Part shown: positions 18,343 to 28,100 of the stretch, one piece after another
Numbering within the stretch: the stretch's first letter is position 1
Layout: the number at the start of each line of letters is the position of its first letter
From: a virus
Lineage: Duplodnaviria > Caudoviricetes
Length of the DNA stretch: 61,408 bases
IMG/VR virus record: IMGVR_UViG_3300029258_001409
Coordinates: 1-61,408 of that record
Direction: 5' to 3' (one strand)
Notes under the pieces: model-generated
Told to the model about the DNA's origin: nothing
Databases searched by the model: none
Seen by the model: only the letters and a program-made list of their open reading frames with translations
Translations under genes and position numbers: made by a program

Positions 18343-18978
18343 ATGGGGAAGAAATCGCCATTCTTCAAACAGAGCAAGAGAAGGTTCAAGCGGCACTCGA
18401 CAACGAGGACCGAACAGACTCTGGAATTCACGATCTGGGGCGCTGGGCTGGTGGTCAACGAGCTCCTGGCCGATGCAGAGCAGATGGCTATGCAGGCCGC
18501 AGCCATGTCACAGAAGCTGTCCGGGATCGCAACCGTTCTCAGGAACTATGTGGAGACGGCAAGGGCGCTGCATACGGGCTACAAGCCCGACGGGTCCAGA
18601 GTCACGGGGGACGAAGCCAGAATCGCGCTCATGGCAATGAGAGCGCAGATGTACGGCAAGGGGGCTGGTGACGGTGAAGGCGAAGAAGAAAGCCAAGAAA
18701 ACCTCTACCAGGTCCCGGGGGAAAGACCGGAAGAAGCGCAAGGTGAATCCCAAAACGACGGCCAGCCGGAAACCAGCGGCGGTGAAGCGGAAGGACGTAT
18801 CCAGGAGGGCGAAACGGGTAGCCAGCCCGTGGCCCCAGGAGGCGATCCTGCGATTTCAGCAACTGCGGGCGCACGGCGGAGCCGAGAGCAGCTTCCGGGC
18901 GATCCGGGAGACGTTGGGGGCGGAGTTCGGGAAGAAACCCGCGCTGAAAACGCTGGAGCGGTGGACGGCGAAGTTTGA
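18343..18978 (+). CDS. Hypothetical protein (3' part overlaps next gene)
   Basis: GAGGGGG RBS; helical N-terminal half. Confidence 0.5.
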   Translation: MGKKSPFFKQSKRRFKRHSTTRTEQTLEFTIWGAGLVVNELLADAEQMAMQAAAMSQKLSGIATVLRNYVETARALHTGYKPDGSRVTGDEARIALMAMRAQMYGKGAGDGEGEEESQENLYQVPGERPEEAQGESQNDGQPETSGGEAEGRIQEGETGSQPVAPGGDPAISATAGARRSREQLPGDPGDVGGGVREETRAENAGAVDGEV

Positions 18979-19441
18979 TGACGAGATTCGGTCGATCCAA
19001 CGGGAATTGGAGGTCGAGCGTAAGGCATGGGTCCTGAAGGAGGAGCGGGCGCGGCTCGAATACCTGACGGGACTCGCACAGAAGGGAATGAACATCTCCG
19101 ACAATGTGATGGCGGAGGTCATTCCCGCAATCCGCAGGGGAGACATGGACCCGTCGAAGTTCCTGGCGTGGCTCGTGTCCATCTCTACGGAAGCACGGCT
19201 GGAACAGAAGGGCAAAGACGGTGATGGGATGGGCGCGGGAGGACCCGAGGGGGGATCGGGGACTGCCAATGCAGAATTCCTGATGGCGCTGGTCAGAGAG
19301 GCGCACAATGACCCCGAGAACGCGAAGGGCCTCCTCCAGGCAGCCCTTGGAGTGGGCGAAAGTCTGGCAGCCAATCACCCAGACATTGCCGAGCGGCTGG
19401 GCCGAACGCATCCTGGCCGAGACGGCGAGGCTCCTGGGTAA
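18668..19441 (+). CDS. Putative terminase small subunit
   Basis: Directly upstream of TerL; basic N-terminus; HTH-like FRAIRETL...LKTLERW. Confidence 0.55.
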   Translation: MTVKAKKKAKKTSTRSRGKDRKKRKVNPKTTASRKPAAVKRKDVSRRAKRVASPWPQEAILRFQQLRAHGGAESSFRAIRETLGAEFGKKPALKTLERWTAKFDDEIRSIQRELEVERKAWVLKEERARLEYLTGLAQKGMNISDNVMAEVIPAIRRGDMDPSKFLAWLVSISTEARLEQKGKDGDGMGAGGPEGGSGTANAEFLMALVREAHNDPENAKGLLQAALGVGESLAANHPDIAERLGRTHPGRDGEAPG

Positions 19442-21095
19442 TCGAGCATACCTGGAAGGCGATCCCATGGCGTGGGCGGTTGCCAACCGGGTTCTGCGCG
19501 GCCGCCCGTTTTCCTATTCCGCCCTCGGACGCCGCCCCTACATCCGCGAGTACATCTTCGATCGCTCCCCCAACAAGGATACCATCAAGAGCCGCCAGAT
19601 GGAGGTCTCCGAGACCGAGGAGAACGATAATCTCTTTCTCTGCGACGCGGTCCCCTATGCCGTGGTGATGCATGTCTTCCCCACCGACAAGCTGGCGAAT
19701 CGCTTTGGCCGAGAGCGTCTGTCACTCGCAATCAAGGACAGCCCAACCCTCTCTCAGCGGGTCCGGGACACCAGGGCGGCGGGTGGCGCAGACAACGTGA
19801 CTATGAAGCAGATCGGGAACAGCTTCTACACGCTGGTCTCCTCCTGGTGCGACTTCGCTGGCCGGTCCCCGTCTTGTGACAAGATCACGTATGACGAGTA
19901 CGACGCGGCGAACCCCAAGAGCGAGCAGATCTTTGCAGAGAGTACGAGTCACAGCGAGATCGGCCACAAGCACAGGATCAGCACTCCCACCTTCCCGAAT
20001 TGGGGCATCCACAAGAGATTCCTGGAGGGCACCCAGCACACATGGCTCTACAGATGCCCATGCGGCAGAGATGACCAGATCCTCTGGCCGGACTGCATCC
20101 TGGAGGTTCCGAAGAAGAAGAATCCCGAGGAGTTGTTCGCCCGCCCCGGCGATCGTCACTACTTCGGTTGTCCGAAATGCGGAAAGGGCATAGATCGCTC
20201 GATCCACCTGGACGAGACCGGGGGCAAGTTCGGCGGTCATTGGGTGGCGCTCAATAAGTCCGCCCCCCCGAGGCGGTCATCCTGGAAGCTCACCCAGCTC
20301 ATGGCTCCGTGGATTCACGCCGATACCCTCGTAGACAAGAGAGCGAACGAGGTTCGGTACGAGAACCAATGGCGAAACGAGGTTCTGGGAGAGCCCTACG
20401 TCTCTGAGGATGTGACCCTCACCGTTGAAGCTGTCCTGGCCTGCTGTAGAGCAGACTTCGGCTGGGTGGACGGCTCCCAGGGCCCATGGACGCATGGAGA
20501 GGTCGCTGCTGGCGTCGATTGGGGGGATGTCTCCTGGTTCGTAGCCCGGTGCAACTACGATACGACGGGCAAGTCGAGACTCCTGTATATCGAGATGATC
20601 GACTCCACGAACCCGCTCGACCACCCAAAGCGAGTCGCCGAGCTCTTGAGGCTCCTGAACGTGAGTCTGCTCGTGTGTGACTCCGGGTATGGCCGGGATC
20701 GGAACCAGCTCCTGTTCAACTGGTTCCCGGGGAAGGTGTTTGCCTCATTCTACGCCCAGGCCGAGGGCGGTTCGAGAATCTTCCGGCCAGCCTGGCAGCC
20801 CGCCCAGCGGAAGGTCTCTCTACACCGGACGGCGACGCTCAAGATGGTCTGCCATGATTTCCTGATGGACCAGATTGACCTTCCCCGGAATGAAGGGCCC
20901 AGGACAGACCTGCTTCACACGTTCGCCCGGCATCATGCGAATCTCCAGCTCGTGAAGAACTACGACCCAGATAAGGACACGGTAGAGGAGCGCATGGCCG
21001 CCAGCGGCCCCGACCACTTCGCACATGCGAACGCCTTGGCGATGGTTGCAGAGGAGCGGATCACAGGGATCACGAAGCGCGCCCTGCTCATGTAG
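19308..21095 (+). CDS. terL: Terminase large subunit (GpA/SPO1-like; start uncertain)
   Basis: KSRQMEVSE Walker A region, YDEYD Walker B, ISTPT, CPC/CPKC, GVDWG, DHFAHA. Confidence 0.9.
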   Translation: MTPRTRRASSRQPLEWAKVWQPITQTLPSGWAERILAETARLLGNRAYLEGDPMAWAVANRVLRGRPFSYSALGRRPYIREYIFDRSPNKDTIKSRQMEVSETEENDNLFLCDAVPYAVVMHVFPTDKLANRFGRERLSLAIKDSPTLSQRVRDTRAAGGADNVTMKQIGNSFYTLVSSWCDFAGRSPSCDKITYDEYDAANPKSEQIFAESTSHSEIGHKHRISTPTFPNWGIHKRFLEGTQHTWLYRCPCGRDDQILWPDCILEVPKKKNPEELFARPGDRHYFGCPKCGKGIDRSIHLDETGGKFGGHWVALNKSAPPRRSSWKLTQLMAPWIHADTLVDKRANEVRYENQWRNEVLGEPYVSEDVTLTVEAVLACCRADFGWVDGSQGPWTHGEVAAGVDWGDVSWFVARCNYDTTGKSRLLYIEMIDSTNPLDHPKRVAELLRLLNVSLLVCDSGYGRDRNQLLFNWFPGKVFASFYAQAEGGSRIFRPAWQPAQRKVSLHRTATLKMVCHDFLMDQIDLPRNEGPRTDLLHTFARHHANLQLVKNYDPDKDTVEERMAASGPDHFAHANALAMVAEERITGITKRALLM

Positions 21096-21104
21096 GAGAG
21101 GATC

Positions 21105-23933
21105 ATGGAGTACGACTTCAAGAAAGCAATCTACGACAGCTCCTACGCTAGCGAAATGGCAGCGCAGCGAGAGTTCGCATTGGCCCGGCGCGTGGCCGAG
21201 GCGCGGGCCGAGGTCGCTCGTGCGGTCTCCACATCTGCCTCGGGAACGGACTGGATGCCTCCCGACCAGGCGGACCTGATGAAGGCGATCAGCTCAGTAC
21301 GGAATGAATCCAGGATCGCCTCGATCATGGGAACACTGATCGACCCCCGCGCCGTGTCTCACGACCATAGCGGCGCCCGCAAGAAGCCGACCCTCATGGA
21401 CTTCAATATCCTCCGGCGCCTGTCCTACGCGTGCGAACCCATTCGAGTTGCCATCGAATACCGGAAGACTCAGATCCGCATGGCAAAGTGGCGGGTCTGC
21501 CTGGCTGACGAGGATGAGGAGGCCACCGACCAGCAGGAAGCCCAGATGAAAGAAATCGAGCGGCTTCTGAAGCGGAAAAACAGGAACAAGGACTCTCTCT
21601 CTCGCACCCTGGAGAAAGCGACGGAAGACCTGCTGGCGCTCGATGCGGGATGTGTCCAGGTGGTGCCCTCCAGGGCGGGCAAGTATGGCGAGATGGTCGC
21701 GATGGACGGTGCAACCATCCGACCGAAGGTGACGAAGAAAGGCATTCTCGATCCGAAGACTCCCTACATCCAGTGGATCGAGAATCAGATCACGGGGAAG
21801 TTCCGGGCCCTGGGGCTCCCGGGAATGACGCAGGGGACCCTCGATAAACCAGCCATGATCTACATGATGCAAAACCCCGTCACGAACATCTTCATGAACG
21901 GCTACGGGGTATCTCCCATCGAGATGTTGATTACGGCAGTCACCGCCCTGGTCCACGGAAGCCGGTACAACGCGGATTACTTCTACGGGCCCAAGGTGCC
22001 CGAAGGGCTGCTGTATCTCGGGAGTGCGGCTACACAGAAGGACGTGACGTACTTCCGGTACTTCTGGGAGCACGAGCTTTCCCAGGGGTGGGCCATTCCG
22101 GTCGTCGGCGGCGGCTACCGCCCGGATCACACACACGCGCCGACTCCTCCACAGTTCATCCCGTTCCATCGCAGCCCGAAAGAGATGCAGTTCCATGAGT
22201 ACATCCAGTGGCTCACGCGGCTTGTGTGCGCCGCCTTCCAGATTCCGGTAGAGGAGATCGGCCTGGCGCAGCGGAGTTACGGGCCCGGCCAGAGCGGCCC
22301 GATGTTCGAGGCCAACAAGGAACCCACCCTGGACACCAGCCGGGATTGGGGACTGAAGCCTCTCCTACAGCTCATCGCGTATGAAATCACAGAGGTCGTC
22401 CAGCATTTCTGGGGAGACGAGTATCGGTTCGACTTCGTGTTGCCGCATGTGAAGGACAACGCCAAGGAAGCCACCCGAGTTGAGGTCCTGACGAAGGCGG
22501 GTCTATTCCACGAGGATGCAAGGCAGCTTTTCCTCGAAAACCAGAAGCGGGAAATTGCGGGGCTCGATCCGCTATCGGAGGACCAGTGGAAGCAGATCCA
22601 GGAAGCCAGAGAGAAGGCACAGAAGGAAGCGCAGGAACAGCAGATTGCCATGCAGCAGCAGATGGCAGGCCCAGGGGCAACCCCCGGCGCGAATGGTGAG
22701 GGAGGGGAGGGCAAGGAAGGGCCGTCGGGAGTCCCCCGGGTGGCAGGTGCATCGGGAGTTGACCGTCCCGATACGACGCCGCAACGCCCCTCTCGGCGGC
22801 CCGCTACATCTACCGAGGACGAGGAGAAGAAGAAGCGCGAGCGGGAGAAGAAGCGATCCGCCATCGTAAAGCCAAGGCCGATCGTGGCGAAGGCCCTTGG
22901 CCTTCCTGGAGGCGGACTGATTCACGATCTGTCCCGAGATGACTTCTTCGATGACCAGGAGACCGAGGACCTGGCGAGGGAGTGGGAGTCTGAGATCCGA
23001 CGGATTCTCATGAACATGGTCGAGGACCTGGGGGATCTCCTGGGTGTGGGCCGGAGCATCGACCTGGGCCCGCTTGCGAAGGCCCTCGATCCACCCACAG
23101 GGGGGATGCTGGCCGGAGAACTGCCCTGGGACGAAGTAGAGAAGATCATGGACCGGCACCTGAACGGGATCTGGATGACGGTCCAGGACAAGGCTTACGT
23201 CGACGCGGTCACAGCCGGGGCCATCCGGGAGCCATCGGCGATTTACACGCCGCTCCTGGCGCCGGTCTCCCTGCCGAAATCGTTCAACTTCCCGACCAGG
23301 GCCTACATGGTGGGTCAGAAGATCGCCGCCACGGTGCTCAGGGGGCAGGGGTTGTTTTCGGGAGGCGCCCGGACCCTCGTGCGACCCGAGGAGATCGACT
23401 GGTTGAGGCAGCACACCTTCTGGCTCATCAAAGGACAGACCCAGAAGGTGAAAAACCAGATCCAGCGGGTGATGATGGAGGAGCGGCACAAGGGAACTCA
23501 CCCGTTCCAGATCAAGACCAAGATGACCGACATGATCGGCGACTTCATGACGGACTATCGCCGGATCACTCGCACGGAGACCAGCCGGTCGCAAACCCAG
23601 GCATTCTACAAGGAACTTCTGGCGGCTGGAGAGGAAGAATGTACGTTTCTGCCTCACGCTGGCGCGTGTCGGCATTGCCAGAGGCTGATCGAAGGTCGGG
23701 TGTTCCGAATCAAAGACATCATGCACGTGACGAACTTCAACAAGCGGGTGGATGAATGGGAGCCGTGTTGTCCGCTCCATCCGAATTGCAAACATAGACC
23801 TAGCCCGGTTGTGTCCGGTCGATTGTCCCTGACCGAGCGGGAGCCGGGGAAGGAGCTCAAAGAGGACTACAATGTCGCGGTGAGGGAGTTGGAGGAGGCC
23901 CTGGCGGCGTCCGGGGCGAAGGTTCCATTCTAA
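21105..23933 (+). CDS. Portal protein fused to a C-terminal MuF-like head morphogenesis domain
   Basis: Portal motifs DGATIRP, YGVSPIE, FQIPVEEIG, GLKPLL; MuF RITRTETSR...ACRHC...PLHPNC. Confidence 0.85.
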   Translation: MEYDFKKAIYDSSYASEMAAQREFALARRVAEARAEVARAVSTSASGTDWMPPDQADLMKAISSVRNESRIASIMGTLIDPRAVSHDHSGARKKPTLMDFNILRRLSYACEPIRVAIEYRKTQIRMAKWRVCLADEDEEATDQQEAQMKEIERLLKRKNRNKDSLSRTLEKATEDLLALDAGCVQVVPSRAGKYGEMVAMDGATIRPKVTKKGILDPKTPYIQWIENQITGKFRALGLPGMTQGTLDKPAMIYMMQNPVTNIFMNGYGVSPIEMLITAVTALVHGSRYNADYFYGPKVPEGLLYLGSAATQKDVTYFRYFWEHELSQGWAIPVVGGGYRPDHTHAPTPPQFIPFHRSPKEMQFHEYIQWLTRLVCAAFQIPVEEIGLAQRSYGPGQSGPMFEANKEPTLDTSRDWGLKPLLQLIAYEITEVVQHFWGDEYRFDFVLPHVKDNAKEATRVEVLTKAGLFHEDARQLFLENQKREIAGLDPLSEDQWKQIQEAREKAQKEAQEQQIAMQQQMAGPGATPGANGEGGEGKEGPSGVPRVAGASGVDRPDTTPQRPSRRPATSTEDEEKKKREREKKRSAIVKPRPIVAKALGLPGGGLIHDLSRDDFFDDQETEDLAREWESEIRRILMNMVEDLGDLLGVGRSIDLGPLAKALDPPTGGMLAGELPWDEVEKIMDRHLNGIWMTVQDKAYVDAVTAGAIREPSAIYTPLLAPVSLPKSFNFPTRAYMVGQKIAATVLRGQGLFSGGARTLVRPEEIDWLRQHTFWLIKGQTQKVKNQIQRVMMEERHKGTHPFQIKTKMTDMIGDFMTDYRRITRTETSRSQTQAFYKELLAAGEEECTFLPHAGACRHCQRLIEGRVFRIKDIMHVTNFNKRVDEWEPCCPLHPNCKHRPSPVVSGRLSLTEREPGKELKEDYNVAVRELEEALAASGAKVPF

Positions 23934-23948
23934 CGGCAAGGGGGATTT

Positions 23949-24101
23949 ATGGGGCGTGGATTCACGATGGATGAATTCAAGGAAGCCTACGAGGAGCGAA
24001 TGGCGATCATGACCATCGACGGGGGACTCACGGAAGAAGAAGCGGCTCCCCTGGCGATGGAGTGTATCGAGCGGGAGAATGAGCGCCTGAAGGCTGATTA
24101 G
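23949..24101 (+). CDS. 50-aa hypothetical protein (absent from the ORF track)
   Basis: MGRGFTMDEFKEAYEERMAIMTIDGGLTEEEAAPLA...; poly-G RBS. Confidence 0.6.
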   Translation: MGRGFTMDEFKEAYEERMAIMTIDGGLTEEEAAPLAMECIERENERLKAD

Positions 24102-24128
24102 CAGTAATGACAGGAGAGTGCCAGTGCG

Positions 24129-24758
24129 TTGCGGTTATGTCTGTTATGCCTGGTGGCACTGCTCTACCTGATTGTTGCTTCTGCCGTTGGTCGTCGGCTG
24201 AGATCCATGAGTGCATGGCTTCGGGCGGTGGAGAAGGGGGAGACCATGGAACGGAGCGAGGCGGAAAGAGAAGCAGGCGCCCTGGGAAGTGACCTGGGGG
24301 CGGAGGATCTGAATGAAATCCTCGAAAAGGCAAGGCAGTACCTGGTCGAGAATGAGGGCAAGGTCCTGGCGGTTGTGCCGATGGGCATCATCCCGGCTCA
24401 GGGGAGTGCTGAGTTCTTACGTTTCCAGAAGATACGGCCCGTGTGGGCGGCGAGGCTCCCTGTCCGTGTTGCCATCGAAACCGATCGTGGATTGGTCATT
24501 GGGGAGAAAGGGGACTTCCTCGTTGCCCCCGAAGACTTCTCCAAGGCGTGGCCGGTTCCAGCCGACGAGTTCGAGGAAACCCACGTTCCCTCGTCGTATC
24601 CGGGAGATCTTGCGTCAGGGATGAGGGACTGGCTGGGGGCGTTCCAGAAGACCGAGGCGGTCAATGAGCGGGGCGACAAACTGATTTCGGGCGCCATGGT
24701 TCACCACCTGGAGGCGTTCCTGGAGCAGGCCGTCGGCGTTCTCGATGGGAAGGGGTAG
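24129..24758 (+). CDS. Hypothetical protein, PGDYG-like domain (start uncertain)
   Basis: IETDRG...GEKGDFLV...WPVPADEFEETH. Confidence 0.5.
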   Translation: MRLCLLCLVALLYLIVASAVGRRLRSMSAWLRAVEKGETMERSEAEREAGALGSDLGAEDLNEILEKARQYLVENEGKVLAVVPMGIIPAQGSAEFLRFQKIRPVWAARLPVRVAIETDRGLVIGEKGDFLVAPEDFSKAWPVPADEFEETHVPSSYPGDLASGMRDWLGAFQKTEAVNERGDKLISGAMVHHLEAFLEQAVGVLDGKG

Positions 24759-24762
24759 ACCA

Positions 24763-25038
24763 ATGATCCGGGTGAAGGCTCCTCCCGGGAGGGTCCCCAG
24801 GCGTTGGTTCGTGAGAAAGGCCGTGACCACCGAGGGGGAGGGACGGTCGAGGGCCACGCACCCCCTCCTGGGAGAGAGCCTTTCATCCCGAGTAGTGAAG
24901 TTGACGCCCAGGGCCTCGTGTCCGGGCGGAAAGATCCGATCGAAGGGCAAGGGCCGTGGCCTCGGGACCGGGAAGGGCCGGGGACCGCTACGGAAGAAGA
25001 AACGGGTTCGAAATGAGTCCACGTTGGGTGCCCAATGA
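24763..25038 (+). CDS. Small basic Gly/Lys/Arg-rich protein
   Basis: MIRVKA...CPGGKIRSKGKGRGLGTGKGRGP. Confidence 0.55.
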   Translation: MIRVKAPPGRVPRRWFVRKAVTTEGEGRSRATHPLLGESLSSRVVKLTPRASCPGGKIRSKGKGRGLGTGKGRGPLRKKKRVRNESTLGAQ

Positions 25039-25105
25039 TGCCAGTTTCGAACCGCCGTAACGCATCATGCTTCAATAGGATACCGATCCCCATTCAACTT
25101 GGGGT

Positions 25106-28100
25106 ATGGGAAACGATGCGGAATTCGAACCGGGAATGGTCATGACAGTGATCGTGAAGGCAGTGCAGCGGAATCTCCCTCCTGGAGGGCAGTGGAAGAC
25201 GATCCGGGGCTCCCGCGTGTTCATCAAGGACGGGCGGGTCGTTGCCGGTCCAGCGGCGCTCCGCGGCATGGAGATGCGCCAGCAGCCAGCGGTGGCGGCG
25301 TCCGGGGCTGAAGAAGGAACGCTGCACCCCAAGTTCCCCATGGAGAAGATCCAGGCGGACCCGACGCAGGCCCGGAAGCACTTCGATGACGAGTCCCTGA
25401 GAGAGCTGGCCGAGTCGATCAAAGAGCATGGCCTGGTGCAGCCCGTCACTGTCCGCCCGATGGGCGATGACAAGTTCCAGATCGTCGCTGGAGAGCGCCG
25501 GTTCCGGGCCCACCAGCTCCTCGGGGCAAAGCACATCCGGGCACTGGTGGAGCCCATGGGGCAGGAGCGGGCCCGATCGGTTCAGCTCATCGAGAATCTA
25601 CAGCGGAAAGATCTGAATCCGATGGAGGAAGCCCACGGGTATGCCGATGCCATGGCCGAGAATCAATGGGACATCGAGCACCTGGCGAAGATGGTGAAGA
25701 AGTCCCCGGCGACTATCGAGGGAAAACTGTCCCTACGGAATCTCCTCCCCGAGTTCCAGGGCCTGGTCCAGAAGGGCCAGCTTTCGGAGACCCACGGGCG
25801 GCAGGTGGCGAAGCTGAAGCCGGACTGGCAGCGGAAGGCATTCCGGCAGATCGTGGATCGAGATCTGACCACCACCCAGACGAAAAAGGTGGTGGAAGGT
25901 CTTCTGGCATCCCAGCAGGCCGAGGAAGCCACCCAGGGGATGGGCCTGTTCAGCGCCGAGGTTATGGAGAAACTGGACACCATGACCACGAGGGAGCAGC
26001 GGGTCTTCGCAGACCGCCTCCAGCGATTCTTTGCCTCTGCGGAGCGGTTTCTGTCCGGTGTCCAGGATAAGCGCACCCAGGGACTCACCGGAGCGTTCCT
26101 GAAGGGCGATCTGGAGCGGAAGCGGGACATGATCCGGGCGATCCGCAAAGAGCTTCGGAGGGTCGAGGGCGAATTGGAAGCCCACATGGCCCGAGAGAAA
26201 GAGGGCGGCACGGCCAGGGCGAAGACCGCCGTGAATGTGGTCAGCAAGGTCAGGAAAGCCAAGAAGAAACGTCGCAGGCGCGTGACAAAGGCCCTCGCTC
26301 TCCCGGTAGTCGTGAAGGCGGCAGAGCGGAACCTGCCTTCTGGAGGGGAGTGGAAGACGATCCGGGGCTCCAGGGTCTACATCCATAATGGGCGGGTTGT
26401 GGCCGGGCCAGCGTCCCTTCATGGGCTTCAGATCGGGCAGGCGCCTAGATCGAAGGGTTCGCAGATGCCGTGGCCGAAGGAACCGACCTGGGCCAACGAT
26501 AAAACGGGCATTACGATGGTTCCGATCATCGGGGCGCAAGCGACCTTGGAGTCCTCCGGTGTGGGACTGATGGCTATGCGAGTCGAGCCGATCGCCGGGT
26601 GGAGGAAAACGCGCTATGTCGTTACGGACAACCCCACCCCGCCCCCTCAACTTGTTCTATTTCCTCAGTTGAGAGCGCGCGATACCTATTACCAGTATCA
26701 TGATGCGGCCACCTGGGCGGGTTTGAAGAAGAAGGCGCAGGCCCTTTGGGATGCCCAGGTCCAAGAGCATGAGAAGCGAACCGGAAAGGCTACCCGAGAG
26801 GGCAGTGAGTCCGAGATCTTCAGGGCCAGAATCGAGCGGGAGATTTCAGAAACGAAGGCCGGGAAGCGTCGGACGCCAATCGAGATGGGCCAGGTCCAGA
26901 GCGGTCAGGCCCTCAAGTTCCCGCCCATGGGTGGGGCGCCGCCGCCAGCAGTGAAGGTGCGGGGCCGCACGGGTGTCGCACGGCTCCAGGCCACGAAGGT
27001 GAAGCGCATTCCGGGATTCGTGAAGATCCGGGGGAGCTTCTGCAACACGCCGGAGCGGGCAGCCGGTATCTGTTCCGAGATTCGCCGGATCGACCGAGAG
27101 ACTGTCTGGACTGTCCACTGTGACGAGCGGGACCGGCCAACTTCGTGTGAATTGACATCCCTGGGGGCGATGGAGAAGACCACGTTCCACCCTCGGGACG
27201 TGCTGAAGATCTCCGCCCAGGTCGGGGCGAAGTCCGTCTGGCTGGTCCACAACCACCCGGCAGGAAACGTCACACCGTCTCTCGGCGATGTCCTCGCATT
27301 CAGGGCGTCACAACTCGCCGGAGAGGCCGTTGGGATCAAGGTGTCCGACCTGGTGGTCATCGGGAGCGGTGGACGGGCCACGAGCACGGCAAGGTTTGTC
27401 GAAACCTGCAAAGCGAATGGCCTGAGTCCTGACAGTGACGCCTCCTGGGAGGAGAACCACGGGCGCTTCCTGGAGATTGGTCAGCAGGTGTCCTTCAAGG
27501 TATCGGAGCAGAAGAAGGCTGAGCCGGTTGTTCCGCAGGTCGGCGGGACACTTTGGAGGGGGAAACTCCCCGAGGGAATGTCCGAGACCGTAGCTACCGA
27601 CCAGGAGGCCGCGCGCCTGGTGGGCCATGCGAGCAACCCGAACAAGTTCTCCGTCGTGGCGATCCACGGGAACCTGGACGGAGCGGTCAACTGCGTCGAG
27701 GTCTATGCGGCCAAGGGGCGGGAGCCGGGGCACATTCAGCGGGCGATGCAGGATGCCATTGACGGGATTCCCCAGACATCGGTTCGAACATCGAGTTCGC
27801 ATGTCTTCATCGGCTTTGGGTTCCCCGAGGGTGGGCCCGGAGGATCATTCCTCCGGGATGCTCAGGGAAAGCCCACGGCAGCCGGAGAAGTCATCATCGG
27901 GTCCGGGCCCGAGATGCTGAAGGGTGTCGGCCAGAAGCTCAACAGCGCGTTCATTCGAGTGGCCGATGTGGTGAGCGTCGAGGGCGATCGCTGGGCGGCA
28001 AGAACCACGCTGGGCAGGCAGAACGCCTTCCAGCGGTATCCATGGGATGTGCCGGACCCGCACCCGAGAAATGAGGAGTTTACCCAGGAGCAGTATGCGT

